Below are positions 12,895 to 25,562 of a stretch of DNA of 64,000 nucleotides, in pieces. Every line of letters begins with the position of its first letter. Position 1 is the first letter of the stretch. The translations under genes and the position numbers were made by a program. The notes beneath the pieces are model-generated. The model did no database searches. It saw only the letters and a program-made list of their open reading frames with translations, and was not told the origin of the DNA. Source of the stretch: the human T2T-CHM13v2.0 reference genome, Homo sapiens; assembly GCF_009914755.1 (NCBI RefSeq), contig NC_060943.1, one strand, 5' to 3'.

Positions 12895-13589
12895 AAAATC
12901 TCCATCTCCTCATTCTCAAACAAAAAAGTCAAGGTCAATTATGTGTCAATAAAGCATTTTTAAAAAATTTCATGACTTCCTAAGAGCACAGTTTCAAATA
13001 GGACATTTCCCCCAAAGCAACCCAAAAGTGAACAGAGGAGGAGCCAGCTCAGCTGACCTGACCAGGTCCCATTGGTCTCCTCTCCCATCTTTTAATGGAT
13101 CCACCTGACCGGAACCCACTGAGAGGACGCCCTGATGGCTAGAGGCTCACGAAGGCTTGTGCCATCACTGTGATTCTCCAATTCTCTAAAAGCCTGTTTT
13201 CAGGAACGTCTAGGTGTTTGACACAGTTAAGTGTTTGCTAAAATGCAATCGTTTCAGATCAGCTGAATAGAAATTAGCAGGTGGTGACCACATTTTATAA
13301 TATGATTTTTGAAGAAGTATAACTATTTGCTTTCTTCAATTTAGTTTTTTAAAAACCAACTTCCTTACGAGAAGCAGGTTTCAAAAGATATTCCACACTA
13401 AAGTTACTCATTTCTCTAGGATGCTTCCCTCTTCCTGCCACCTTTGAGCTTCTCAGTGCTGTGACTGTGTCCTGCTCCTCTTTATACCCAACTTCCCTGG
13501 TGAGTAACAGTTGCCTGAGAAGTGTGCAGTGATTGAAGAAGAAGTAAGTGGGTGGGTGGCTGATTTCCATTTTAACCTATCTCATTAAG

Positions 13590-13740
13590 AGCTGCATAGT
13601 GGGAGAGAGAACAAAGCCTTTGAAGTCAGTCTGAGCCTGGGCTCTGATGCTCACTAACTGCATAACCTCTGGCTGGTAACCTCGAGCCCTACCTCATAGG
13701 GCTGTTGTGAGGAGTAAATATAAGCATGCTTGTAATAGCT
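13590..13740 (+). mobile_element. MIR
   Basis: gcatagtggg...ctttgaagtcag...cactaactgcataacctctgg...ctacctcatagggctgttgtgaggagtaaat. Confidence 0.65.
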
Positions 13741-14266
13741 TTCCCTGAGTCTGCTCAGCTCCCTGGCTACCTCCTGTTCTCCCACGTGAACCCACTGTTT
13801 ATGGAGGTGACTGCAGGTCTGATCACCTAAACTAATGAAAGGGGTGATGGAGCAGATCCTGGGGAGCCACCACAGGGCAGAGAGGTGTCTGAAGAGAAGA
13901 CAGTAATGCTCCTCTCTGCTTACCTTTTTTTAAGTTTCTGTCAAATGGGCCTGTTTGCGGGTGGATGCAGTACCTGCCCAAGCCCCTGCCCAGTCCTGTG
14001 CTAGGCACTGGGTGCACAGAGTAGTCCCACCCATGGGTGGTTCATGTTCAGCCAGCACAGCAAGCCACCATCTGGCAGTGAACACACCGGTCATGTCCCC
14101 TTGCTGGAACTAATCATGGCAGCCAGAGAGACACAAAGCCTGGCTCATTGAACTGAAAGGAGAAGAGTAGCTCCCTCTCACACATCATGTGCTTTTACGA
14201 GAAGACAGGCACGCCTGCCGCGTGCCCCATCCAGCTCCAGGGGCCCAGCTGTGTTGTGCAAAGGAA

Positions 14267-14330
14267 GGCTTTAGACGGAGGCTGACGAGCTGGCTTTAGA
14301 TGGAGGCTGACGAGCTGGCTTCAGAAGGAG
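14267..14330. repeat. 25-bp tandem repeat, ~2.5 copies
   Basis: ggctttagacggaggctgacgagct / ggctttagatggaggctgacgagct / ggcttcagaaggag. Confidence 0.9.
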
Positions 14331-14809
14331 CCCCCTGGGCAGGAAGCGGCCCTGCCTCTGATCTTGAATTTGACCAACTGTGAACCAGAATGGAGAAAGG
14401 GGGATGTTCACCAATTAGCTGAAAGTAAAACTCAACTCAAACTTCAGGAGCCCAAAGTGGCGATACCTCGAGCCATCCCCTGGCATTCTTCTTATGGGTA
14501 TGAACAGTGCTGTGAGGGTGGGCAGCCACTCTTGAGGGGCTCTGACTGCCCTGGAAGAAAAGAAGAAGGAAATTCAAGAGCTGTGAGTGCAGTCAGAAAC
14601 TCCAGTGAGTTCCAAAAACACAGGAAGTTGAGATTCAAGGTAAAACAGAAGAGGGCAAAGAACATCTGAATCTTTCACTCCACTGTATCAGTAAGTCCAC
14701 ATTTAGATCACGCTTCCTGAGAGGAGGGCTATGCCTTATATATCTTTTCTTATTTCCCCATCGAATAGTTCCCAGGGCCTGGCTGAGTGGTAGTGACTGC
14801 AGTGACAGT

Positions 14810-15332
<523 letters not shown>

Positions 15333-17220
15333 CTAGTGACTTAGTCTCTGCCCTTACTCACCATTCTGCCACCTTTGACGTAACTAACCACCTACCATCT
15401 CTGACATGACCTCCCCTTCTCTGTGCAGCCTTAAATGATGTCTGCTTCATTTCCAGTGGGTGTGGCCTCCAGAAAAGGAAATTGGAAAGAACGTGGAACT
15501 CTCAACAACGAAAGCAATGAAGCTGCCTTGCTTAAGGAGGAAAGGATGGTGGTGACCAAGTTTCCAACCTTGCTGGGTGGGACAAGGGCAGAGAGGAGCA
15601 CCCAGGACCCTTCACTCATGTGACCAGCCTGAGGCAGAGCAAATGGGGCTGCTTAAGGGCACAGCTCTTCTCCCTACCGAGGCAAACTCACTGTGGAAGG
15701 GGCTGTTTCCAAGCACCTATGATGTTGAAACAGCAAAGTTATAACCGGTCAGAAATTGCACCTTTCTAAAAAGAAATTATGACAATTAGCCCACATAAAA
15801 ACATTATTTCCTTCAACATAGGCTTGAAATTCAAAACCACTATACTATAATAATTTTTCATTTTCATGGGTGCAATAATTATTGCACTAGAGATAATGGG
15901 GCCCATACTAGAAAGCAGAAACAATTGCCCTGGTTTAAGAGCTTATTAATGAACAATACAGCCATAGTCAATTAAGGCACAGGAAGGAAACATGGCTGCT
16001 GGTGACTGGTGGGTTGGTTGCTAGATTTAATTTTTGTTATTGGGTCAGTAAAGGCAGGAAGAAAATACTTCTCAAGTGGGAGGGAAGGAAATTACAAATT
16101 TGATGAAAATAAATCACCTTTTGAGCTTTTGAGTCTTTCCAATTGAGGCTTGGTTAATGTAGGTGACAGCACTTTCTGCCTGTGACTTGGCACAGGGTTA
16201 TTGGGAGCCATTTGTAACACTCCCATTCTGTCTGTAAAAAGACATTTTAATTGAAAAATCATTTGCCCATAAAATTATTATCATCAATTTACAGTCCACC
16301 AAAGGGCTGCATTATGACCATAAAACAATTTGTAGTGGATTCATTTTACTCACTAAATCACTTTACATTATACTGTGAACAGAATGATTAAAGCAAGTTA
16401 GCATTTTGTTGGCAAAGTAATTACGTTATTATGCATTTCACCCACAGAGATACTTCTACTACTGAGTCCATTTGTCTTGTTGACAGAATATCTATATGCA
16501 TTGGACAGAATGCATTTTCTTTAGTTGATGCAATTAATTTTATTCACCAGACACTTTTAAACCTAAGCTAAAATGTTTTTGTCACAGAAATAGATTTGAT
16601 TGGGGAACAAAATTAATCTTGCCTACATGATTTGTGCTCAGAAAGTTTCTTCCAATAACTGTGCAAATTTGCAAACAAGTAAACAGGGAGAAAATAATAA
16701 GCAAGAGCAAAACAAAAGCCTCAAAAAGCAATTCTCCTCCTGGGTCTGTTTTTTAAAGTCCTCTATGTACCCAGGCAGGATAAAAATCCAAAGACACCTT
16801 GAACAGGTGGAGCAGGAGATGGTGGTGAAAAGAGAGGGGCTTCTCCAACCTGAACAATTTGGCTGGGAAAATAGTGAGCACAGATTAATCTTTTAAAAAG
16901 ACCCCACACAATTGCTTGAGAAGCGCCTCAGCTAGTGTCTTTTTGTCACCAACTTTGTATCCTAGCGGTAGAAATGACTTTGGACTTTCCTGGGGCCGGT
17001 GCCAGGCTCTGAGTGTAGTCAGGCTTGTGAGGCAGAAGTGAAGATCTCAGGCACCCCAACTGTGTCCCATACAAGATGCCTAAATGGGTTGTCTAAAACC
17101 AAACACGAGAAGCAGAAAATGGCTTGTCTTGCACAGTGGGCATTGGGCCCACCTGTTTGCCGCTGGAAGTCCCAGGCTTCGAACCGCAGTCCCCTCCTTG
17201 CAAGAAGCCCAGGACCTCAG

Positions 17221-17239
17221 CCACCACCAGAGGGCAGGA
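17221..17239 (+). promoter_or_regulatory. Candidate CTCF motif
   Basis: Core CCACCAGAGGGCAG (17224-17237) matches the CTCF consensus. Motif only, binding unknown. Confidence 0.35.
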
Positions 17240-17464
17240 AACCACATCTCACTCTCCCTGAAGCCCCCACAGCACAGGGCTTGGCATGCGCAGGTCATTC
17301 TGGAAAGACTTCCAGATTCATTCCCTCATTCTTCAACTCCTATTTTCTGAGCACCTACTCTGTGTCCTAAAAAGTTCAGCAGTGAGCAGAACCCTGCTCT
17401 GAGCAGGCTGACCACCTGCTGGAGAAGTCAGACAGGTGAAGAGGAAATTAAGACACAGACAGTA

Positions 17465-17950
17465 TGGGGAGGAGGTTCCTTATGGTGTGGGAACAGTTCT
17501 GTATCTTGATTGTGGTGATGTCTATACAAATCTCCATACAGGTGACAAAATTTCCTAGAACTGTGCACAAAAACATGCACACACACAAAAAAATGAGTCC
17601 ATGTAAAAACTGGTGAAATCTGAGTAGACCAGGTCAATTGTTTGAGTCCAGGAGTTTGAGGCAGCAATGAGTTGTGATTGTGCAACTACACTCCGGTCTG
17701 GGCCACAGAGCAAGACCCTGTCTCTAAAATTAAAAACAAATTCCAAAGTGTAAACAAAAACTGAACAAATCAGCAACTTATTTGTCCATCGTAGTCTAGT
17801 AGTTAAGCACATTGTGCCAATGCCAAGTTCCTGATTTTCATAATGCACTACAGTTATATAAAATATTGCCATAGGTGGAGGCTGGGAGATGGGTATAACT
17901 CTGCACTTGTTTTGCAACTGCTCTGATCTATAACTATTTCCTAATAAATG
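17465..17950 (+). mobile_element. Old L1MC/ME 3' end, interrupted at 17636-17793
   Basis: gttctgtatcttgattgtggtg...ggtgaaatctgagta | ...agttaagcacattgtgccaatg...ttttgcaact. Confidence 0.75.
17636..17740 (+). mobile_element. AluJ right-arm 3' fragment (copy of the Alu at ~18890)
   Basis: ttgagtccaggagtttgaggcagcaatgag...gcaagaccctgtctctaaaa. Confidence 0.85.
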
Positions 17951-18739
17951 GTTTAAAGAAACACTGATGTGCAAAGCACTGATGGAAAACGCAGGAGGCT
18001 GCAGAAGTCCAAAGAAACGCTGGATTCTTGGGGGCAGCAGGGAAGGTTTCCTGGAAAAACTCATATCTTCCCAAAGGCAACCCAGTTAAGTGCCCAGAAG
18101 GGTCAGCAGGAGGGGAAAAGTGAAGCTGGGAGTGACAGGCAGCAGAAATGGAGGTAACTGTAGCACAGACCCAGTCCCAAGACATTCAGATTCAAATTGT
18201 ATTTAAATGCTGGAGAGTTTTGGCTAAGCTGAAATTTAAAAGAGATTTAGGACCCCTAAAGGGGAAGATTGGCTGAGAGGAAAAATAATCCTTCAGGTCT
18301 GAGGAGTGTTGGAAGGACACGCTGGAGGCCCCTCCTTTGTAGTCACGTGGCTAGCAGGCACCTGCAAGCTGAAACGTGTGGGCTGGAGGGACTGCGGCAG
18401 TGACATGTCTCCGCAGACCTGGCTGCCATTCCTGGTTCACTGGCTACACCCAGCTCCATGGCACCCATGTCTCTGCACATTTTCCCCATAGAACACATGT
18501 ATCTTATTCTCCCAGGATTCTGCCAGGTAGCTCTGGGCTTCATCAAGACAACTGCCACCTGCTGCCACACACTCCCGCACATCACAATGGTGAAATATGG
18601 GGCCCACAGGCAAGGTGGAGGGATGAGTAGTTTGGCTGGAGAGGCTTTATTCCATCAAGCCCCTACCGTTATCCATCCATCTAAATCATACAACTCAGGT
18701 TATCAACACTCCATGAAACAACCACTCCAAACTTCCTGC

Positions 18740-18997
18740 TCCAGGAGTTTTTATTATGAAGACCATCCAAGCCTAAGCAACAAGCAAAACCCTGTTTCTA
18801 CAAAAAAAAGAAAATAAATTGAAAAATTTTTCTGGCATGATGGCACGTGCCTACAGTCATGACTACTTGGGAGACTGAGATAGGAGAATTGCTTGAGCTC
18901 AGTAGTTCAAGGCTGCAATGACTTGTGATTGTGCAACTGCACTTCAGTCTGGGCAACAGAGAAGAACACTGTCTCTAAAAATAATAAATAAATAAAA
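18740..18997 (+). mobile_element. 5'-truncated AluJ
   Basis: aaaccctgtttctacaaaaa...ggcatgatggcacgtgcct...agttcaaggctgcaatga...A-rich tail. Confidence 0.85.
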
Positions 18998-19149
18998 GTC
19001 CAAGTGTAAACAAAAACTGAACAAATCAGCAACTTATTTGTACATTGTAAAAACATCACAGCTGAGCACTTATAAGTTCCACTGGGAAAGAGACACAGGG
19101 TCTGCAGCCCCAGATACAATAAGAAAAGTGACTGCTGTCTGACACTGAG

Positions 19150-19330
19150 CTTTATACAGATTCCCGTGGAGTGCACACAGCAACCCTGTGGAGGCTGATG
19201 CTGTATCATCATCATGCACATTTTACAGATCAGTGCATGCACAAAAAGGTTAGATAACTTGCCCAAGGGTGTGCAGTCAGTATGTGCTGGGACCATGACC
19301 CAAATGCAGGGTGTTCCGTTTTCTCTTCCA
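19150..19330 (-). mobile_element. MIR
   Basis: cagcaaccctgtgg...cattttacagat...ggttagataacttgcccaagg. Confidence 0.65.
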
Positions 19331-20279
19331 CTCAAGCACCAGCTCCTCCACTGTTTCCATGAGCATCTCCACTCACCTTGCACAAGATTGACGCCTTTCC
19401 AGCTCCCCAGACTGGAGCTAAGGAAGCTTGGAGTAGCTAAGGACCATTCCCTGCAACACCTCCAGACACACCTCCTGACCTTTATGATACACCTGGAAGA
19501 CAGGTGCATCCCCTGAAATCCCTTGGACCAAGGACAAGATCCTTCAGTAGCCCTTGGTCTTTCTTGAGATACAGGGAAGCTTTGTAAGATTCCCATTAAT
19601 GAAATATTTAGGTGATACTTCTCTCACTTCAGAAAACAAATGAGAAAAGGAGTTTTGCTTACAGTACATTAAGTTACTTTAAATTACTGGAAGCCATTTG
19701 TAGATAACTTCCTGGAAAATTTGAATATGGATAAGGATATGTTACTCATCAGCCTGACACTTTCATAAAATACCCTCCAAATAGAACAGCAGCAAGGAAA
19801 GGAGCATATGTTTTCATCTCCAATATGGGCATTCTATGAAATGTAAGCACTGTATCATTACTGATCCCTGAAAAACTGGGTCATAATGAGTCTTGAACTT
19901 AGAAAGTCAAAAATTAGGTTCTAAAAAAAAGTATGCTCCTCTCACCCTATCTCTATCACTGAAAATTAAAAAGATAAATTTCAAAAGCCAAAACACATGA
20001 CCCAAACTCTTGAGCATTCTGTGAGTCTAATTAGATGTGCTGTTGTCTTGATTTTTGTGGAAATAAAAGCAGCCATCACAGAAAGAATTGAACGGTTATA
20101 TTATTTGTGAAAGTAGATTTATATAAAGTTAGTGATTAAGGCTTTGTGACATAAAGTCATCTGGTCAATGCATTCAAAGGCCCAGTCAATCACCCACAAG
20201 TTGGACAGATGAGACAACAATGGCAAAGACTTTCTTCAAAAGTCACCGCTAGAGGGGGCTCTAGAGACATCCACCCTGG

Positions 20280-20420
20280 CTACCCATCAGCATCATCTGG
20301 GGTGCATGTTAAAAACAAGATGCCTGAGAGCCATCCTCCAAAATTCTGGTTCAGTCACCTTAGGGCGTAACCAAGGAACTGGCATTTTCGTGAAGCACCC
20401 AACTCATGCATGTGCAGACA
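20280..20420. mobile_element. MER5A-like hAT MITE
   Basis: catcagcatcatctgggg...tgttaaaaacaagatgcctg...attctggttcagt...ggaactggcatttt. Confidence 0.6.
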
Positions 20421-21099
20421 TCCCTGAGCCTGCGAACTACTCCCCTATATAGCTAGTCAGTCTACAAAGAGGAAGCTACACTGGAACACCCGCCATAGAG
20501 CTGTTTGCCCAAGGCCTATCTTATCCGGGGACAGACTCCTTGATGGCTAACCCTGTCCTAACACACCCTGTCCACTCCATCTATTTTAAATTATTACTGT
20601 TTTTGAGTCTATCATTATTAAAGGATTTAAGTTTTTATATTATTTTAGTACTTTGCATTTGAATGATCTTTTCTACAGCCTCTCATCTTTAAAAAGAGAT
20701 AAAAATACTGCCTATGTTGTAATCTGTAAATAAGAATGAGTGAGGTAGCCCAGGTGGAGTTTTGCACAGGCTTGGGACATAATGTGTGTTTAATAAATGT
20801 TGGCTATTACGGTGTCATTCTTGCCTGTGACCCATCATGTATAAGGAGGAATGAATTGTCATCATTGCAGTGGAATACATTTTGGCTGCCTAGGTTAGAT
20901 AAATTGTTTCACTGTGTGCAATGTCCAGAGATTATAATTTCTGCTATATGGAGGGCTGCTGGGAACCAGAGGGTATGATTGATTCGAACTTTATTTCAGA
21001 GACTTTGGTTCCAAGTTCCAATCCTCAACCCTCCTGGCCACCCACAAAGAGTCAAGAAAATATCCAAGCATATTTCCAACATTTATTGGAAACATTTAT

Positions 21100-21510
21100 T
21101 TTAAATATATTTATAATAGCCAAAAATTGGAAACAATCCAAATGTTCATCAGCAAGAGAATAAATTTCGTATATTTATACAATGGAATATGACACAGAAA
21201 TTAAAAATAATAAACTGCTAAGAAACACAATAACATGGATAAATCACACAGACATTGTTCTCACAGCTGAACACAGTAAGCCAGGTTCAAAAGACTACAT
21301 AATGTATGAGGGTATAATTCAGGACAGTGGCTACTTCTGGGAGATGTTAACTGGGAAGAGGCAAAAGGAACTCTTCTGGGGAGCTGGAAATGCTTTATGT
21401 CTTGTCTGGTTGATGATTTTAGACGTAAAAATTAATTGAGCTGTACATTTAAAATTAGTGCACTTTACAAAGTTTGCTGCATGCATTATACCTTAATTAA
21501 AAATTTTTTA
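21100..21510 (+). mobile_element. L1ME-like 3' end
   Basis: ttataatagccaaaaattggaaacaatccaaatgttcatcagca...aatggaatat...tgagctgtacatttaaaattagtgcacttt. Confidence 0.75.
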
Positions 21511-22224
21511 AAGCATAAGATGCATCTTAATGCTAGTTTCAAGTGAGATTTCTCACCCTTTTAAACTCATCTGTGTGTGAACACAGCTTCTCTTTTACTT
21601 GCGGGTGGCCCCAAGTGGATGGTGGGAACAATGCAGAATAAGAAAACTTTTTCTCGTCTTGTCCCTCAATTTCTTATTCTCTCTTCTCTCAGTATTTCTA
21701 GCTTCTTTTAAAGCACCAAATGATTATTCTGTGATCGTTAATCAGATCGCCCCACTGCCTGATTTATCTGACAAAACAGTTATTTCTAAACACCTAAACT
21801 CAATCTATCCCTTTCCGATGCTAGCCCATTACTCCTCCTCTCCGCACCACTGTCCTGCATACAAGATAAATCGCTCTCAGCTCAGGGCTGAATGCAGTTT
21901 CCATCTAGAAGCCAATTAGGGAATTGCATTTGTTTAGTCTCCCAACAACCCAGATCAATGGCAGACCCTTTGATGACTTGTGAAATAACCCAAGTAATGG
22001 GCTTGACAATGTTGCCTCAGGAAAGATTTTCAGCTGAAGTTGAGAGAAGCAGTAAAAGTCTCCTTTTATTCACCACCAAGCTCTATCCCTCTTGACTTTA
22101 TTCAAACCTTGCTTCATCTTAGGCTTTTCTGGAAGAGATATTCTGGGTTTCACTCTTAAAATCTGCCAGCTAAAACAGAGGGAAGGCCCACCTGATTAGC
22201 TGCCTCTATAATGGATTTCATTAA

Positions 22225-22600
22225 TTCGCTCACTTAATCGTTCACTAAAAAATCACCTATAGAGCACCCGTTATGCTCAGCAGACAGCAGAAAACAAAAC
22301 CGAGTCTCTGACCTCATGGAACATATATTCTAGCTGGAGAGACATAAAATAAATGAGGTAATTTTACAGAATAACAAATTACATGAGTAAATAAAATGAG
22401 AAAGTATGAACAAGAATGCCCAGGAAAGTAGAGACACTTTATATAGGACTGCCAGAGAAGCCCTCTTTGAGGATGCAACACTTGCGCAGAGACCTGAATA
22501 ATGAGACACAGTCAGTTATGCACATGCTGGGAAAATCATCCCAAGCAAAAGAATAATCACTTTCAGGGGTCCAAACTCTCTGTGTGAGTTCTAGAAACAG
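22225..22600 (-). mobile_element. L2 fragment
   Basis: tatagagcacc...gacctcatggaacatatattctag...agaagccctctttgagg...cagagacctgaa. Confidence 0.6.
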
Positions 22601-23585
22601 AGGGAAGGGGAAACCATAAAGCAAACCCTAACTTTGTCCTACCGCCTGGTCTCTCTACAAGGACTGCCTCCTCCTTTGCTATTCAGCAGGGGCCCTTCCT
22701 AGTGCCATGGCACTGGCTCTTTCTGAAAAAATGCCAACGAAAATATCGGCAACCACCATGATTCATTTTCCAAAGTACTGTTGGGGTAACCCAACTCCCT
22801 TGTTCCAACTGAGGCTGAACTGAGATTCCTGAAGCTCTGGGAGACCAACAGCAAGACTCCAATTAGGCCTGACCATGTTCAACATAAAAAGAGCTGTCCC
22901 TGGGAAGAAGGTGCTGATGGAGACAAGCTCCAAGGCTGCAGCAAAGACAGCAGTGCAGATCGATAAACACAGCACAAATTAGGATTTCATTTTCAATTCT
23001 TTTGTCAAGACTAATTGCATGCTCACTTCGAGTAAGATGCCCTTTCTGTTCAGAAGCATTACTGTCCAGGAGAAGGTAACACGCTGGGGCTTCGAATTGG
23101 CATTTCACATAATGAGGATTTCGCAGTTCAAACAATCACTAGATATTTTATTCTGAAAATCGAAGCTGTTAGTCAACTAAAAGTCCTCATCCTGAGCTGT
23201 GAACATGGGCAGACATTAAGCAAGCATTCGGTGACATCACTCATTCCATTTCTGTCTTTTCTTCCCAGTTCTCAGGCACCACAGATGATAACAGCCACTG
23301 GATCCCTCAAGCACATGGAAATTCCCAGAACTTCACAGATGCTCACAGATGCATCCCATGATCTTGACCTTTGAGTAATGGGATAAGCAGGTACAAAGGA
23401 GACAGAAGGGCCAGGCTGGGTGCTTAGAGAATTCCAGGAAGAGAAAGAGGCACTAGAAGTCATGGCAGGCAGCATAGAGCAGTGGGTAAGTGTACAGACC
23501 TGAGGACCAGATTCGATTTCCACCGCTCAAGAGCCACTTGGCCTTACTTAAGTCACATTGTATCTCTAAGTCAGCTTCCTGATCT

Positions 23586-23843
23586 GTGAATAAGCCAGAC
23601 ACAGAAAGAAACATACTGCTTGATCTCACTTATATTATGGAATTTCAAGAAGTCAAACTCACAGAAACAAAGAGCAGACAGTGGTTACCAGGGACTGAAG
23701 GGTGGGGAAAATAGGGAGAAGTTGGTCAAATGGCATAAACCATCAGTTATGAGAATAATGGTGACTATAGTTAATAATATTGCATGGTCTACTTGAGATT
23801 TAAGAGAGATCTTAAGTGTCTCTCCACAAAAAAAGTAACTAAA
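23586..23843 (+). mobile_element. L1MA-like 3'UTR segment, sense
   Basis: gtgaataagccagacacagaaag...gatctcacttat...gtggttaccaggg...ggtgactatagttaataata. Confidence 0.85.
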
Positions 23844-24490
23844 TGGTTTACTTCACTTAGCAGTCTTTTTGGGGTTCATCCGTGTTATCACACGTGGCAG
23901 GATTTCCTTCTTGTGTGGCTGAATAATATTCCATCATATATAAATACCACATTCCCTATATCCATTCACCCATTGCTAGACACTTAGGTTGTTGATTCCA
24001 TAACGTGGCCATAGTGAATGATGCTGCAATAGCCATGGGAGTGCAGATATATCTTTGATTTTTTTCTTTTGGGTGTATACCCAGAAGTGGGATTGCAGAT
24101 CATATGGTAGTTCTATTTTTTAGGACCTTCCATACTGTTTTCCATAATAGCTGTACAAATGTACATTCCCATGATCAGTGCGCAAGCGTCCCCTTTTCTC
24201 CATGTGCTTGCCCCACATCCTTATCTTTTGTCTTTTTGGTAACAGCCAACTCACCAAGTGTGAGGTGATATTTCATTATGGTTTTTGATTTGCTTTTCCC
24301 TGATGGTTAATGATATTGGGTACCTTTTCTTGTACTTGTTGGCCACTTGCATGTCTTCCTTAGAAAAATGTCTGTTGAGGTCATTTGCCCATTTTTAAAT
24401 CAGATTTGTTTGGTTGGTAGATTGCTATTGAGTTGTATGTGTTTCCAACATATTTTGGATATTAACCCTTTATCAAACATATGTTTTACT
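23844..24490 (-). mobile_element. L1MA-like ORF2 end/3'UTR segment, antisense
   Basis: ttacttcacttagc...ggctgaataatattcc...atacccagaagtgggattgc...ttttggatattaaccctttatca. Confidence 0.88.
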
Positions 24491-25562
24491 TTTGTCTCTC
24501 AGATGAGGCATCCAGGCTAGCTGTGTGGCAGAGCCTAGCTGTGTCAGCAGGTATTGAAGCCTCAGGGATGAATGAGAGAAACTGGTAAAAGAATGGAGAA
24601 GAAGAGATGAGAGAAACAAGCCAGGACTTAATTCAGAGAAATTCAACATTACAGGTTCGATTTGATATTTAATGAATATTGCTTGTGTGCAAAGCTTAAA
24701 TGTCACTGTACAAATTATTTTATCACAACTATTTCATGCATCTTGCTATTTAAACTGTCCAACATTTTTTGGCTACAAATATATTTAAACATGAATGTCT
24801 GAATATCTGAAATATCTAGATAACTTCTGGCATCCACACCTTTCATAATGACCATGAATTCTCTTACACTCTTCCAGGAAGTAGCAAACAGATGTGTTGC
24901 TCAGTGTGACACAAGAGACCATAGGAATGAGGCTGAGAGGAAGGTCTCTGCCTCCATCCTGAGAGGTATCATTTTCAGAGGGACCCCACTGACCAGATGG
25001 TGCGATGTTCTTCTCTGTCTAAATGGACACCCCAGGTATGCAGCTCAGTTTGATAAACCTTGAAACCTAGTACAGGTCAGAGCCTGTGGCTCTCCCCTCA
25101 TTTACTGCTCCCCTCACCACCAAGTCCCTGCCTGTCTCAGATGCTCACACCATCTGGTTTCTGGAGGTTCCTGTAAGGAAGGCCATCTGCTTCTTGTTAC
25201 CATGTCATTAGAACAATTATGACAAAGGTGAAACATGAACTTGCATGAATCAGGCCTCTCTGGCTCGGCTTCCCCATGGAGAAATATGTACTGACTTTAT
25301 GGTAATTTTTCATGGCAAACCTCTATCTCCAAGCTCCTAACTCTGGAAAACAGCTGGAAAATAACTAAGAAACTTCAAAAATTCAATAAATGTCAGAGTT
25401 GGACCTAGAGCAGGAGTGACAGGGAGCTACATGGGATCAAAGAGGTTCGTGTTACCCATTCATAGCCTAGAATGAGGCAATCAACTAAAAAAAATAGAAT
25501 TGCAAATGGAAGACTTTTAAGTATCAATTAGGCAGGGATTTGAGATTAAGCATATTATCTAG

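Noticed and set aside
14267-14330. CRISPR-like repeat
   Set aside because: Head-to-tail tandem copies without spacers, in eukaryotic DNA with no cas genes.
18907-19596. 229-aa ORF on the minus strand
   Set aside because: Runs through MIR and Alu sequence; no recognisable protein family.
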